DNA of 64,000 nucleotides from an uncultured Candidatus Saccharibacteria bacterium (GCA_964650645.1 CAZYUH010000001.1:79373-143372); one strand, 5' to 3'. Positions 30,392 to 40,815 are shown, counted from the first letter of the stretch. Numbers and translations: made by a program. The notes: generated by a model not told the origin, from the sequence alone.

Positions 30392-30943
30392 CTACCACCC
30401 GAGCCCTCGCGCGGCGAGGCCTACCAACAGGATGCCGAGGAAGTTCATGGAGTAGGAAATGGCGAAGAAGTAGCGGCGGTCTATGCGCGCGAACCCCAGG
30501 AGCGCGAGCCCCAGCTCGTCGGGCAGGGGCGACGCGATGATGAACGCGCCGATAAAGGGCAGCACCCGGCGGAAGTGCGGGCGCTTGAATACGAGGAACA
30601 TGCGGCGGAAGCGCGGCCCGCGCAGGAGGTACGCGGCGTCCCGCGACACGCGGTCGCGCACGAAGGCGAAGATGAGATAGTCCCCGAGCACGGCGCCCAG
30701 CGCTCCCACCAGCGCCACGACGAACAGGTTGCCGGTGAGCGACAGCTCTCCGAGGACCGCCATCGCGGGCGCCGCAGTGACGAGCGAGGTGAAGAAAACG
30801 CCCGCGACCAGGCTCACCCACACGACGCCGTCGCCCGCCTGCGCGAGCACGTACTGCACCAGGTTGAAATGCACGATTATCCACGCCGCCCACACGCTGG
30901 CGACGATGGCGAATATGTCCTGCAAGATATGCGCGCGACGCAT
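30392..30943 (-). CDS. VTT/DedA-like membrane protein
   Basis: GALGAVLGDYLIF, IIASPLPDELG. Confidence 0.7.
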   Translation of the reverse strand: MRRAHILQDIFAIVASVWAAWIIVHFNLVQYVLAQAGDGVVWVSLVAGVFFTSLVTAAPAMAVLGELSLTGNLFVVALVGALGAVLGDYLIFAFVRDRVSRDAAYLLRGPRFRRMFLVFKRPHFRRVLPFIGAFIIASPLPDELGLALLGFARIDRRYFFAISYSMNFLGILLVGLAARGLGW

Positions 30944-30967
30944 CACCCCAGTATGGCACGTTCCGCG

Positions 30968-31372
30968 CTACTCCGTCGTCGAGCCGTCCCAGTGGTCATT
31001 CGGCTCGTCGGCCTCCGCATCGGCTTTCGTCTTGTGCACGCATCCGTCCTTGTGGTTAGGCGGCGAGTACACGGTGTAGAGCTTGAGCGGCATCTCGGGC
31101 GACGTATTTATGACATTGTGCCTGGCGCCCGCCGGCACGGTAATAGAGAACCCGTCGGAGAGCGTGTGCTCGATACCGTCCAGGACCGCCGTGCCCGTAC
31201 CCATCTCGACGCGCAGGAACTGGTCCACGTCGTGCACCTCCTCGCCGATTTCCTGCCCCGGCTCTATGTGCATGACGACGAGCTGGCTCTGCTTCGTGGT
31301 GTACAAGACCCTCCTGAAATCCTCGTTGGCGAACGTGTCTTTCTCTATGTCGGTTACGTATCCTTTTTGCAT
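30968..31372 (-). CDS. Cupin domain protein
   Basis: FRRVLYT, IGEEVH, VPAGARHNV, YSPPNH. Confidence 0.9.
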   Translation of the reverse strand: MQKGYVTDIEKDTFANEDFRRVLYTTKQSQLVVMHIEPGQEIGEEVHDVDQFLRVEMGTGTAVLDGIEHTLSDGFSITVPAGARHNVINTSPEMPLKLYTVYSPPNHKDGCVHKTKADAEADEPNDHWDGSTTE

Positions 31373-31446
31373 GCATAAAGTATAGCAAAACCGTTTTTTA
31401 AGAGAAAAAAATCCCGCCAAGAGGGCGGGATTCCTTCATGCAAAAT

Positions 31447-33210
31447 TTAGCGGGTGCGGCCGCCGGGCTGCTTGCGCAGGCGCACGCTCTTGGGCGTCAC
31501 CTCCAGGTACTCGTCGCCGCGCATGACCTCGAGCCCGCGCTCGATGGACAGCTCGTAGGGCGGGATGAGCTGGATGGCCTCGTCGGAGCCCGAGGCGCGC
31601 ATGTTGGTGAGCTGCTTGCCCTTGGTGGGGTTGGCGAACATCTCGTCGCCCTTGGCCGTATTGCCTATCACCATACCCTCGTACACCTCGGTGCCCGCAC
31701 CAATGTAGAGCATGCCGCGGTCCTGCAGGTTGTACAGCGAGAAGCCCAGCGCCTTGCCCGCGGCCATGGACACCATGGAGCCCACGGCGCGCTTCTCTAT
31801 TTCGCCGGCGTACGGGCGGAACTCGATGAAGCGCGACGAGAAGATGCCCTCGCCCTTGGTGTCGAGCACGAACTGCGAGCGGTAGCCCAGAAGGCCGCGC
31901 GTCGGGCCCTCGAACACCATGCGCACCACGCCGGAGCCCGGCTTCATGTCCTTGAGAATCGCCTTGCGCTTGCCGAGCTTCTCTATAATGGCGCCCTGGT
32001 ACTCCTCGGGCGTGTCGATGGTCACCTCCTCGAACGGCTCCTGCTTGACGCCGTTCTCCTCATGGAAGATTACCTGCGGCTCGGATACCTGGAGCTCGTA
32101 GCCCTCGCGGCGCATATTTTCCAAAAGGATGGCGATGTGGAGCTCGCCGCGGCCGTACACGCGGAACGCGTCCGACTGGCTGAAATCTATCTTGAGGCCG
32201 ACGTTTATCTCGAGCTCCTTCTCGAGCCTGTCGCGGATCTGGCGGGTCGTCACGAACTTGCCCTCGCGGCCCGCGAACGGCGAGTTGTTGACGAGGAAGT
32301 TGAGGCCGATGGTCGGCTCGTCCACCGCGATGGTCGGCAGGAGCTCGGCGTCGGCCGACTCGCCCACCGTGTCGCCGATGTAGACGTCGCCCAAGCCCGC
32401 GACGAGCACGATGTCGCCGGCCTGCGCCTCGGGAATCTCGATGCGCTCGAGGCCCTTGAACGAGAAAATCTTGATGACCTTCGCGGCGTGCGACGCTCCG
32501 TCGGGCTTCTTCACGAAGACGTTCTGGCCGGACTTGAGCACGCCCTCGTAGACGCGCGCCACCGCCAGGCGGCCGAGGAAGTTGTCGTAGCCGAGATTGA
32601 ACGGCTGCATGCGAAGCGGCTTTGCGGCGAGCGACTGGTCTACCGAAGGCACATGCTCGAGTATCGCATCCAGAAGCGGCGTGAGGTCCTTCGAGTCGTC
32701 ATCGAGCTTCTTCTTGGCTAGCCCCGCGCGGCCTATCGCGTAGATGACCGGGAAGTTCGACTGCTCGTCGTTTGCGCCGAGTTCCAGGAAGAGCTCCAGT
32801 ACCTGCTCCTCGGCCTGGGCCGGGTTCGCGGCGGGCTTGTCTATCTTGTTGATGATGACCATGGGGCGCAGGCCCAGCTCCAGCGACTTCTTGAGCACGA
32901 AGCGCGTCTGGGGCATCGGGCCTTCCTGCGCGTCCACCACGAGCAAGACCGAGTCGATGGAGCGCAATACGCGCTCGACCTCGGAGCCGAAGTCGGCGTG
33001 GCCCGGCGTGTCGACGATGTTTATCTTGGTGCCCTTGTACTCGACGGCGGCGTTCTTGGCGTAAATGGTGATGCCGCGCTCGCGCTCGAGGTCGTTGGAG
33101 TCCATGGACGTGCCCTCGGGCGAGGAGTTAGTCTGGCGCAGGATGGCGTCAGTGAGCGTGGTCTTGCCGTGGTCCACGTGGGCGATGATGGCAATGTTGC
33201 GTATCTCCAT
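31447..33210 (-). CDS. typA: Translational GTPase TypA/BipA
   Basis: [42 protein letters not shown]. Confidence 0.97.
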   Translation of the reverse strand: MEIRNIAIIAHVDHGKTTLTDAILRQTNSSPEGTSMDSNDLERERGITIYAKNAAVEYKGTKINIVDTPGHADFGSEVERVLRSIDSVLLVVDAQEGPMPQTRFVLKKSLELGLRPMVIINKIDKPAANPAQAEEQVLELFLELGANDEQSNFPVIYAIGRAGLAKKKLDDDSKDLTPLLDAILEHVPSVDQSLAAKPLRMQPFNLGYDNFLGRLAVARVYEGVLKSGQNVFVKKPDGASHAAKVIKIFSFKGLERIEIPEAQAGDIVLVAGLGDVYIGDTVGESADAELLPTIAVDEPTIGLNFLVNNSPFAGREGKFVTTRQIRDRLEKELEINVGLKIDFSQSDAFRVYGRGELHIAILLENMRREGYELQVSEPQVIFHEENGVKQEPFEEVTIDTPEEYQGAIIEKLGKRKAILKDMKPGSGVVRMVFEGPTRGLLGYRSQFVLDTKGEGIFSSRFIEFRPYAGEIEKRAVGSMVSMAAGKALGFSLYNLQDRGMLYIGAGTEVYEGMVIGNTAKGDEMFANPTKGKQLTNMRASGSDEAIQLIPPYELSIERGLEVMRGDEYLEVTPKSVRLRKQPGGRTR

Positions 33211-33321
33211 ATGATCAAATTCTTTCTTATAGTCTCCCCTGGGCCCTGGCGCCTCCCAAATGAAAAGGCGGGCCGGTCCCGCTTTTCATAAGAATACCGC
33301 ACATTTTTGCGTGCCGCAAGG

Positions 33322-34032
33322 CTAGTAGCCCGTAAATTCCTCGGTGCGGATGTCGTCATTCGAGACGCCGATGCCATTGAGGAGCTCCCGCATGGCTTTG
33401 ACCATTCCCGCCGGGCCGGCGAGGTAATAGACCGGTTGCGTTCCCTCCTCTATATACTGCTTCACGAGCTCGGCATTGATGAGTCCGCGGGCACCCTTCC
33501 ATTCGGCCGATGCCTCCGGATCGGTCATGGTCGGCACGAAGGTGAGGTTCGGGTTCTCTTGCGCGAGCGCCGAAAGCTCCTCCAGGAACGGGGCGTCTTT
33601 CGGGGCGCGGTTCGAGTAGATGAGCGTGATGCGGTGCGGGAGCTTGCGGTGCGCCGCGTCGGCGATCATCGAGCGGAACGGCGTTATCCCGATGCCGCCC
33701 GCGAGTATGACCGCCGGGCGCGCGGCATTCTCGTGCAGGACGAGGTCGCCGAACGGGCCCTCGAGCGTGAGCGGCGCCCCTGCGGGCAGGGACTTCAGCA
33801 CGCGCTTGAAGGCCGTGTCGCGCATGCGCGTCGCAATCGCCAGATGCTCCTCGTGCGGCGCCGCGACTATCGAGAACGCGCGCTTGTTGCCCTCCGCGTC
33901 GGTTTCGGGCGGATTCACGAGGAACAGGTCTATGCTCTGCCCCGCCCTGAATTCGAATCCCGAAGGCTTCTCGAACAGGAACATCTCGGTTCCTTCGGCC
34001 ACCGTCTTCGCGCCAATCAGTTTAGTATCCAT
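33322..34032 (-). CDS. FAD/NAD-binding ferredoxin-reductase-like oxidoreductase
   Basis: FRAGQ, RAFS, GPFG, AGGIGITP, EEFTGY. Confidence 0.9.
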   Translation of the reverse strand: MDTKLIGAKTVAEGTEMFLFEKPSGFEFRAGQSIDLFLVNPPETDAEGNKRAFSIVAAPHEEHLAIATRMRDTAFKRVLKSLPAGAPLTLEGPFGDLVLHENAARPAVILAGGIGITPFRSMIADAAHRKLPHRITLIYSNRAPKDAPFLEELSALAQENPNLTFVPTMTDPEASAEWKGARGLINAELVKQYIEEGTQPVYYLAGPAGMVKAMRELLNGIGVSNDDIRTEEFTGY

Positions 34033-34036
34033 GCGT

Positions 34037-34348
34037 TTATTGGACTGCCTTGATAATAGTGCGCACCAGCTCGTCGTCGAGCCTCGGGCGGTAGTAGACC
34101 ACGCGCCCCTCCTTCTCGCGCGACAGGAGCCCCGTTATCTCGAGGATCTTCAAGTGCTGCGACGCCAGGGACATCGATATGCGCAGCGCATGCGCGATGT
34201 CCGAGACGCACAGCCGCTCGCGTTCGAGGAAGCTGCGGAATATCCTGCACCGGGTCGGATCGCTGAGCGCGCTGAAGACGATAGGCAGGCGGTCGTCCTC
34301 GCGCGTAAGCAACGAGCGGAGCTTCCCTATTTCGCGCGCGTTGAGCAT
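34037..34348 (-). CDS. ArsR/SmtB family regulator
   Basis: FSALSDPTRCRI..SQHLKIL..EGRVVYY. Confidence 0.9.
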   Translation of the reverse strand: MLNAREIGKLRSLLTREDDRLPIVFSALSDPTRCRIFRSFLERERLCVSDIAHALRISMSLASQHLKILEITGLLSREKEGRVVYYRPRLDDELVRTIIKAVQ

Positions 34349-34364
34349 ACGGACAGTATACGGC

Positions 34365-34805
34365 TTAGGACGCCTGCTTCACCAGCTCCATCTCCTCGAC
34401 CGCGACGGTGAGCTCCGTAATGGCGACCGTAAGCTCCGCGAGCGCGAGCGCGCCGAGCGCCAGGAGCACGTCGCGCACGGCGATATCGACGTATCCGAGC
34501 ATGAGCAGGTTGACGGAGATGAGCGCGAGCCACGCGACCGAGAGGTAGCCGCCCAGGCGCGGCCAGCGGGTCATGAGCATGATCGCCACCGCTATCTCGA
34601 TAACGCCCACGGCGCCGAGGAATACCCCCTGCGGCACCGGCAGGAGCCCTGCAACGAACGGGCTTATGTACTTGGGCCAATACACTATCAGGTTGGTGCC
34701 GATGAGCTTGTCGAGGCCGGCCAGGAGCACCACTGTCCCGTAGCCGAACCTGAGCAGGTTCCATGAAAACACCACCCTCTTGCTTCCTTTCATACAATTA
34801 AACAA
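34365..34805 (-). CDS. DoxX-like membrane protein
   Basis: GLDK..VGVIEI..DIAVRD. Confidence 0.75.
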   Translation of the reverse strand: MFNCMKGSKRVVFSWNLLRFGYGTVVLLAGLDKLIGTNLIVYWPKYISPFVAGLLPVPQGVFLGAVGVIEIAVAIMLMTRWPRLGGYLSVAWLALISVNLLMLGYVDIAVRDVLLALGALALAELTVAITELTVAVEEMELVKQAS

Positions 34806-34892
34806 TTAATTAATTTAATAACTATTAAACTATACAGGGAAAGGGCATTTTCCGTCAAGCGGCAAGGGAGCGGGGTTGCCGGCCCCGAGCGG

Positions 34893-36344
34893 CTATTTGG
34901 ACAAATCGAGCACCTCGTCTATGCGGACCTTCTCCACGAAGTCGGGCACGTGGGAGACCAGGATCATGGGGCCCTCGAACTGCGAGAGCGCCTCGGCAAT
35001 AACCGGCAGGTGGCGGAAGTTGATGTGGTTGGTGGGCTCGTCGAGTATCAGGAGGCCGGGCTTCAAAAGCACCAGGCGCGCAAAGGCGACGAGGCCCTTC
35101 TGTCCCTCGCTGAGCGTGCCGATTTTCGAGTGGAACAGCTCGCCGGAGATGAGGAACCCGGAAGCGACGCGGCGCACCTCCTCTTCCACGGGGCGGCTGA
35201 GCACGGCCGAGAGCTCCTGGTAGACGGTCTTTTCAAAGTCGAGGTTGGAGAAATCCTGGCGGTAGTAGCCGATGCGCGTCCCCTTCTGCAATACGGCGCC
35301 CTTCGCCGTGCCGTCGGCCAGGGACTGGAGGAGCGTGGACTTCCCTATGCCGTTGGGGCCGGCGAGCAGGAGGTGGAAGTTCTTGCGCAATGACGCCTTC
35401 TTGGTGCGCTCGACCGGCTTGTGCTTCTGTATCACGGTCATGGACGATATGGCGAGTATCTCCCCTATCAGGCCCTCCTGGAACGGGATGCGGAAGGGGC
35501 GTATCGCCTTGTCCTCGCGGCGGACGTCCACCTTCTCTTCCTCGAGCTCCTCAGCCTTCTCGCGCATGCGCTTGGCGACCATGCGCATCTGGCCGCCCTT
35601 GTTGGCGAAGAAGTTCGCCTTGTCCTTGTTGGCCTGTATCTCTTTCGCCAACAGCGCGTTCGCGCGGTTCTCTTTTTCGATGCGAGCGGCGATATCCTTT
35701 AACACGTCGTCGTAGGTGCCCACGTACTGCTCCACCTTGCGCGTGCGGGCGTCGAGGTAGAGCACGCCCTGCGTGAACGCGTTGAGGAACTCCGCGTCGT
35801 GGGAGATGACGACCACGGTCTTCTTGTAGTCCTGGAGGAACTTGGTCAGGTGCGCGATGCCCTCATGGTCGAGGTTGTTGGTCGGCTCGTCGAGCAGGAG
35901 GAGGTCCGGGTCCTGGATGAGCGCCGACGCCAGGAGGAGGCGCGCCTGCTGGCCGCCCGAGAACGCGCGCACGACCTTGTCGTGCGGGGCGTGCAGGTTG
36001 ACCACCTCGAGAATCTTGTCGATGCGCGGGTCTATGTCGTAGACCTTCTTAGGGAATACGCTCTGGAAGAATTCGCGCACAGTGAGGTCGAGCTGGTCGC
36101 GCGGGATGACCTGGCGGCCGAGCGCTATGGTAAGCCCGTGCTGTATCTCTATCTTCCCGTCGACCGGCTCCGAGGCGCCGGTAATGAGGCTGAATATGGT
36201 ACTCTTGCCCGCGCCGTTCTGGCCCATGAGCGTTATCTTTGAGCCGCGGCGTATTAAAAAATCGACCCCATCGAGGATGGGTTTCTTGATTCCGAAGTCG
36301 TAATGCACTCCCTCGAACCGGACAATGACCTCGCCCTTCGCCAT
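34893..36344 (-). CDS. ABC-F family ATPase
   Basis: Two NBDs (GQNGAGKS/SGGQ/LDEPTN; GPNGIGKS/LSEGQ/LDEPTN), no TM segments. Confidence 0.92.
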   Translation of the reverse strand: MAKGEVIVRFEGVHYDFGIKKPILDGVDFLIRRGSKITLMGQNGAGKSTIFSLITGASEPVDGKIEIQHGLTIALGRQVIPRDQLDLTVREFFQSVFPKKVYDIDPRIDKILEVVNLHAPHDKVVRAFSGGQQARLLLASALIQDPDLLLLDEPTNNLDHEGIAHLTKFLQDYKKTVVVISHDAEFLNAFTQGVLYLDARTRKVEQYVGTYDDVLKDIAARIEKENRANALLAKEIQANKDKANFFANKGGQMRMVAKRMREKAEELEEEKVDVRREDKAIRPFRIPFQEGLIGEILAISSMTVIQKHKPVERTKKASLRKNFHLLLAGPNGIGKSTLLQSLADGTAKGAVLQKGTRIGYYRQDFSNLDFEKTVYQELSAVLSRPVEEEVRRVASGFLISGELFHSKIGTLSEGQKGLVAFARLVLLKPGLLILDEPTNHINFRHLPVIAEALSQFEGPMILVSHVPDFVEKVRIDEVLDLSK

Positions 36345-36432
36345 GCGCTATAAAATAACATTTTTTAGCGAAAAATCAATGCGCCGCATTCGCGGCGCAT
36401 TGATTCCTTTCGCTCTTGTTCCTTTTTAGCCT

Positions 36433-37659
36433 TTAGAGCTCGTCTTCCGCGTCCTGTGCGTAGCCTTCGGCGCGGCTGGCGAGCGATTTTGCATCGTCGT
36501 AATTCTCGTCGTCGTACTCGTCCTGCGCGTCATCGAGCGCGTTCTTGGCCTTTTTAAGCAGGTCTTCCGCGTCATCGACGTCGTCGCCGTTGTCGTCCGC
36601 CTCGTCTATCGCGTCCTGCGCGTCGTCTATGGCATCCTGCGCGTCGTCTATAGCGTCCTCGGCGCTCTTCTTGTCGCCGCCAATGGCGTCGAGCGCGTCG
36701 TCTATCTGGTCGTCGGCCTCCTTCGCGAGCTCCTCGGCCTCTTCGGGGTCGTTGTCGTCGAGCGCGTCATTCGCCTCGTCGAGGGTAGCCTCGGCCTTGT
36801 CGAGCAGCTTGACGGCGTCGCGCACGTCGTAGCCCTTGTCGTCGGCGCGCTCTATCTTGTCCTCGGCGGCATCCAGCCTGTCCTCCACTTCCCTGACGAA
36901 CGCCTCCGTCTTATCCTCCTCCGTCTCGCCGCCCGCCGCCTGGAACGCGTCCGTCGCGTTGTCGTAGGCGTCGTCGGCGGAGTCTATGGCGTCGTCGAAG
37001 TTGTTGCGGAAGTACGAGGACACCGCCTTGAAGAAATCGTCCTTGGCGTCCTCAAGGTCGCCCTTCGCCTTCGACAGATTGGCCTCGCCCTCGGGGTCGT
37101 CAATCTGCTCGCTCGCGTCGTCTATCATCTCGAGCGCGGAGCGTATCTGCTCGCCGGCCTCTTTCTGCTCGGCGGAACCGGCGGACGAGGACGATTTAAG
37201 CGCGTTGAGCTGGGAGGTGAGGGAGGACACCTGGGACGTGAGGGAAACGATAAGCGACGCGTCGCTCCCGGAGGAAGGCGCGGGAGGCGCCGGAACTTCC
37301 GCCGCATCGCCGGCGCCGCCCGCGAGCGCCGCGTACTTGGCGCGCGACTGCGGGCCGAAGTAGCCTATGGCCGGCGAGAGGCCGTTGTCCTTCTGCCACT
37401 TCGCCACCGCCTCCCGGGTAAGCGTCTTGAACTGCGTCGTCTCGCGGCCGGGCGATCCTGCGCCCGTGGCCGCTATGGCGTACCCCGTGCTATTGAGGAA
37501 CCTCTGCAGGCACTGCACGTCGGACCCCTCGTCATCGAGCTCGAGGTTGCGGGTAAAGTCGCATGTCGCGGCCGCCCGGGCGCCCAGCGGAACGGCGAAG
37601 ACGAGCGTGCACGCGAACGCGGCGGCTGGCAACAATAAGGCGTATTTCGTACTGGTCAT
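36433..37659 (-). CDS. Secreted PG-binding protein with acidic helical repeats
   Basis: Signal peptide, DVQCLQRFLN..GYFGPQSRA, D/E/A-rich C-terminal half. Confidence 0.8.
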   Translation of the reverse strand: MTSTKYALLLPAAAFACTLVFAVPLGARAAATCDFTRNLELDDEGSDVQCLQRFLNSTGYAIAATGAGSPGRETTQFKTLTREAVAKWQKDNGLSPAIGYFGPQSRAKYAALAGGAGDAAEVPAPPAPSSGSDASLIVSLTSQVSSLTSQLNALKSSSSAGSAEQKEAGEQIRSALEMIDDASEQIDDPEGEANLSKAKGDLEDAKDDFFKAVSSYFRNNFDDAIDSADDAYDNATDAFQAAGGETEEDKTEAFVREVEDRLDAAEDKIERADDKGYDVRDAVKLLDKAEATLDEANDALDDNDPEEAEELAKEADDQIDDALDAIGGDKKSAEDAIDDAQDAIDDAQDAIDEADDNGDDVDDAEDLLKKAKNALDDAQDEYDDENYDDAKSLASRAEGYAQDAEDEL

Positions 37660-37765
37660 GCTTGTAAGTATACGGCAGCAGGGGGCGCGCAAGCGGCCTT
37701 GTCCACGCGGCAAAGCGCCGCCGTGCGCCCCGGAAAATGAAAAGGCCGCCCTCGCGGGCGGCCTG

Positions 37766-38302
37766 TCAGTAGGCGCGCGGGTACCGCGTTCTGAATACCC
37801 CGTCTTCTATCGCTTCGATGCGCGCATAGTACGCCCGCCTGGTCCTTGCCGGCTGGATACGCCACGGCAGGCCCTTGGACACGCGCAGCATGTTCCACAC
37901 CAGGCGCGCCGTGCGGCCGTTGCCGTCCACCCACGGATGGATGCACAGCAGCCAGTCGTGGAGAAAGAGCGCCGCTTCGGCGTGCCGGCCGTCCAAGAGC
38001 GCGTACTCGCCGGCAAGCTTCTCCCAATCCGACATGAGCGCGGGCACTTCCTGCCAGCGCGGCATGCGGCGCGAGCCGACGCGCATGCCGCAGGTCCGCA
38101 TCCGCCCGCCGAAAGCGCCCAGTCCGGGCACCCGCCGGGCAAGCACGGCGTGCAGGTGGTGCGGGCTCGCGACACCCGCGGCGGCCATGCGGGCCGCCGC
38201 GAGATGCCCGTCGTATTCCGCTTCGCCCGGCCGCGCGCGTATCCCTTCTATCAGGTTGCTCTCAATCACGTGCCTCCGCAAGAGGCCGTCATGCGTGCTC
38301 AT
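37766..38302 (-). CDS. Fic family protein
   Basis: HPWVDGNGRTAR; N-terminal SNLIEG inhibitory-type motif. Confidence 0.9.
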   Translation of the reverse strand: MSTHDGLLRRHVIESNLIEGIRARPGEAEYDGHLAAARMAAAGVASPHHLHAVLARRVPGLGAFGGRMRTCGMRVGSRRMPRWQEVPALMSDWEKLAGEYALLDGRHAEAALFLHDWLLCIHPWVDGNGRTARLVWNMLRVSKGLPWRIQPARTRRAYYARIEAIEDGVFRTRYPRAY

Positions 38303-38527
38303 GTACTCTCCCGTGCTTTTCTATAGGAAATGTAGTGCGCCGCGCGGAAAAAGTCGAGCCGACCGCCGGAGCCGCGCACCCGTCCCGCGTGTTCAAGCTG
38401 ATAATTTTTAGGGACTGATCATGCCACCATTCGAGCCTTGCAAGGCAAAAGCCCCGCACTGTTTCCAGCGCGGGGCCAAGGGACAAGGCTCCAAGAGATA
38501 AATTGGCCGGGATTCAAAGCACCAAGT

Positions 38528-39121
38528 TCAACTTGCCAACACAGCCGCGGGGTAGTCGCCGCACCAGTCCCAGGAGAGCAAGTTGAAGCCCCAGTCCCAC
38601 ATGATGCCGTTCCAGTGCAGGTAGCGGACGCACAGGCTGCCATAGCGGAGGGGGTTGTAGACCGTCCCCCAGAAGAAGATGCTGTAGCGAGTATTCCCCG
38701 CCTTGTCCGCCTTCCAATCGTCAGGGATGAGGTTGGGGTTGGCCAGCAGATAGTCGAGGACGTTCGCGTTCAGCACAGGCTCGTCGGCCAGCCGCTGACG
38801 GAGCTTATCGCCCACAATGTAGCTGCCGCGCTTCTGGCTGTCGTCGAGATAGAGCTCGATTTGCGACGGGTCGAAGGTGAACTGGCCGTCCCGCTTGTGC
38901 TCTTCGACCGTCCAGCCTGCAATCACGAAGGGATCGGCGTCGCAGTCGATGACGATGGCGCCTGCGTCCTGCCCCTTGATGAGCTTGGCGACCCCTGCCT
39001 TCACGCGGCCCGACGACTTGCGGAACCGCTTGAGATGGTCCCGCCCCACGCCCAAACAGTCGAGGACTTCGAGAGTGGCCGTAATTTCGGAATACGGCGT
39101 TTCAGTAATCAGGCTCCCCAT
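38528..39121 (-). CDS. Hypothetical protein with Trp-rich C-terminus (possible DGR variable protein)
   Basis: SD AAGGAG; LNANVLDYLLANP..IFFWGT..CVRYLHWNGIMWDWGFNLLSWDWCGDYPAAVLAS. Confidence 0.7.
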   Translation of the reverse strand: MGSLITETPYSEITATLEVLDCLGVGRDHLKRFRKSSGRVKAGVAKLIKGQDAGAIVIDCDADPFVIAGWTVEEHKRDGQFTFDPSQIELYLDDSQKRGSYIVGDKLRQRLADEPVLNANVLDYLLANPNLIPDDWKADKAGNTRYSIFFWGTVYNPLRYGSLCVRYLHWNGIMWDWGFNLLSWDWCGDYPAAVLAS

Positions 39122-39406
39122 TTCGGGTCTCCTTGTTTCTATACGCCAGCAGGCTCACCAAAGAATTCGGTTCGCCATAGCGGGAAACGGCCTTATGCAA
39201 GCCTCTTTCCGCTATGGCGAACGCAGGTGGCACATTAAAGAACTCCCCGCTACTATGCTACGCAATAGGGATATTTGTCAAACCATACCGCTGCCAATCG
39301 GAACTGAGCCCGAAAGCCCCAGACAGCGCGCTTCGCGCAGCAAATATCTTACCTTGAAGGATTTTCGGTTCCTTCAGTCGGAGGCTTTTCCATTTCCCCT
39401 GCCTGC

Positions 39407-40270
39407 TTATTCGATGGAATCCTCTCTGTAGCTTCCCAATACCTTGACCTCTTTTGCGATTCTCCTCAGGTCGTCTATCGCATGCTGCACGTCAGGGTCT
39501 TCGATTGAGCCTTCGAAGTCGAGATAGAAAAGGTAATGCCAGGGCGATTTCGGCACGGGGCGCGATTCGATTTTCGTAAGGTTTATGTTCCTGGAAGCAA
39601 AGCAGCCGAGCGCGGAGTATAAAAATCCGGTCACATCGCCGCCGGAAAATACCACGGAAGTCTTATGCGCACGCTCGCCGGACTGCTCAAAAGCAGGAGC
39701 CTTTTTGGCGATAATCAAAAAGCGCGTGTAATTTTGCAAATCATCCTGCATATCAGGCCGCAATACTTCTAGCCCGTGGATATTCGCCGCCTTTGCGCTT
39801 GCAATGGCCGCCTTTGACGGGTCATCCTGCTTCTTGATGAATCCGCAGGAAGCCGCCGTGTCGAAATACTCGACAAGCTTCGCCTGCGGCAGTTTCTGGT
39901 GAAGCGTATGCTGGCACTGGGCAAGCGCCTGCCAATGCGAATACACTTCGCGGATATCCGCGATATTCGCCCCTGGCAGGCCGATCAACTGGTGGCTCAC
40001 GTGAAGGTACGCCTCGCCTATGACCGCGAGATCATGCTGCGCGAGCAGGTCGAAATTGCGGTACACCGAGCCTGCCAGGGAGTTCTCGATCGGGACGATG
40101 CCGTATGCGAACTCGCCGCTGTCGGTCTTCTCGAACACCGTGTCGAAATCCTCGCAGCCCCGCAATACGGCCCGCTCGAGAGGCAGGCCGTTCTGGGCGA
40201 GGAATTTCTCAGCCGCCATTTCGCTGTATGATCCGGGAACGCCCTGGTAGCCGATTGTAAATTGTTCCAT
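39407..40270 (-). CDS. pheA: Prephenate dehydratase (PDT + ACT)
   Basis: YQGVPGSYSE, PIENS, SHWQALAQC, NYTRF, LTKIESRP. Confidence 0.93.
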   Translation of the reverse strand: MEQFTIGYQGVPGSYSEMAAEKFLAQNGLPLERAVLRGCEDFDTVFEKTDSGEFAYGIVPIENSLAGSVYRNFDLLAQHDLAVIGEAYLHVSHQLIGLPGANIADIREVYSHWQALAQCQHTLHQKLPQAKLVEYFDTAASCGFIKKQDDPSKAAIASAKAANIHGLEVLRPDMQDDLQNYTRFLIIAKKAPAFEQSGERAHKTSVVFSGGDVTGFLYSALGCFASRNINLTKIESRPVPKSPWHYLFYLDFEGSIEDPDVQHAIDDLRRIAKEVKVLGSYREDSIE

Positions 40271-40329
40271 ATCCTGGCTATTGTACCGTTTTGAGTGCCA
40301 CCGGCTAAGCAGCATTACGCTGCGCTACA

Positions 40330-40423
40330 TGCTGGCCGTCTCGTGTTAGAACCGTGGTCGGTCAAGCCCCGCTTAGTCCGATTGGCTTCCTTTTAGCTTA
40401 TCAAAACGACGCGTCTCGTGCGC
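40330..40423 (-). repeat. att-like unit: 17-bp core, spacer and degenerate tRNA-Gln 3' end
   Basis: Similar to 43289-43377; contains cgacgcgtctcgtgcgc (40407-40423). Confidence 0.8.
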
Positions 40424-40777
40424 CTAGTTATGGTCAGGACAACCACTCTTCGTGTAGCTTTCGTATGTCGCCCATGTAATCGGGGCAACTCCGCTAATTG
40501 ATTTCTTGATGAAATCTAAGTCCTCAGGGGTTAGCTCTTCCTCCTTTTCATAAGGCCCCCATTCAGCCATTTTCTCAATTAAATGTGAGACAAAGTAGGA
40601 CGTTTTTGAACCGTAAGTGCTAGATAGCTTTAAATTGCAGGAGAAATTATTTGAATGGGTCAGCACCACTGCGAGAGGTGCTTCCTCGGGGCCAGAGATA
40701 AAAACAATCGGGTGATAGGCCTCGGCGAAGCTTCTCTTTTTGCCGATTAATATGTCTCCTTCTTGAAAATTATTCAT
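40424..40777 (-). CDS. Hypothetical protein
   Basis: 117-aa AT-rich ORF; its stop codon abuts the 17-bp repeat. Confidence 0.6.
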   Translation of the reverse strand: MNNFQEGDILIGKKRSFAEAYHPIVFISGPEEAPLAVVLTHSNNFSCNLKLSSTYGSKTSYFVSHLIEKMAEWGPYEKEEELTPEDLDFIKKSISGVAPITWATYESYTKSGCPDHN

Positions 40778-40815
40778 ATTTAAAAAGTGACAAAAGTGAC
40801 ACTTTTTACCAAAAA

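Noticed and set aside
37766-38302. Fic gene as a toxin-antitoxin pair
   Set aside because: It carries its own SxxxEG inhibitory motif and no adjacent antitoxin ORF is evident.
40783-40807. aaaagtgac tandem plus inverted copy as an operator
   Set aside because: It is short, lies in AT-rich DNA, and I saw no second occurrence.
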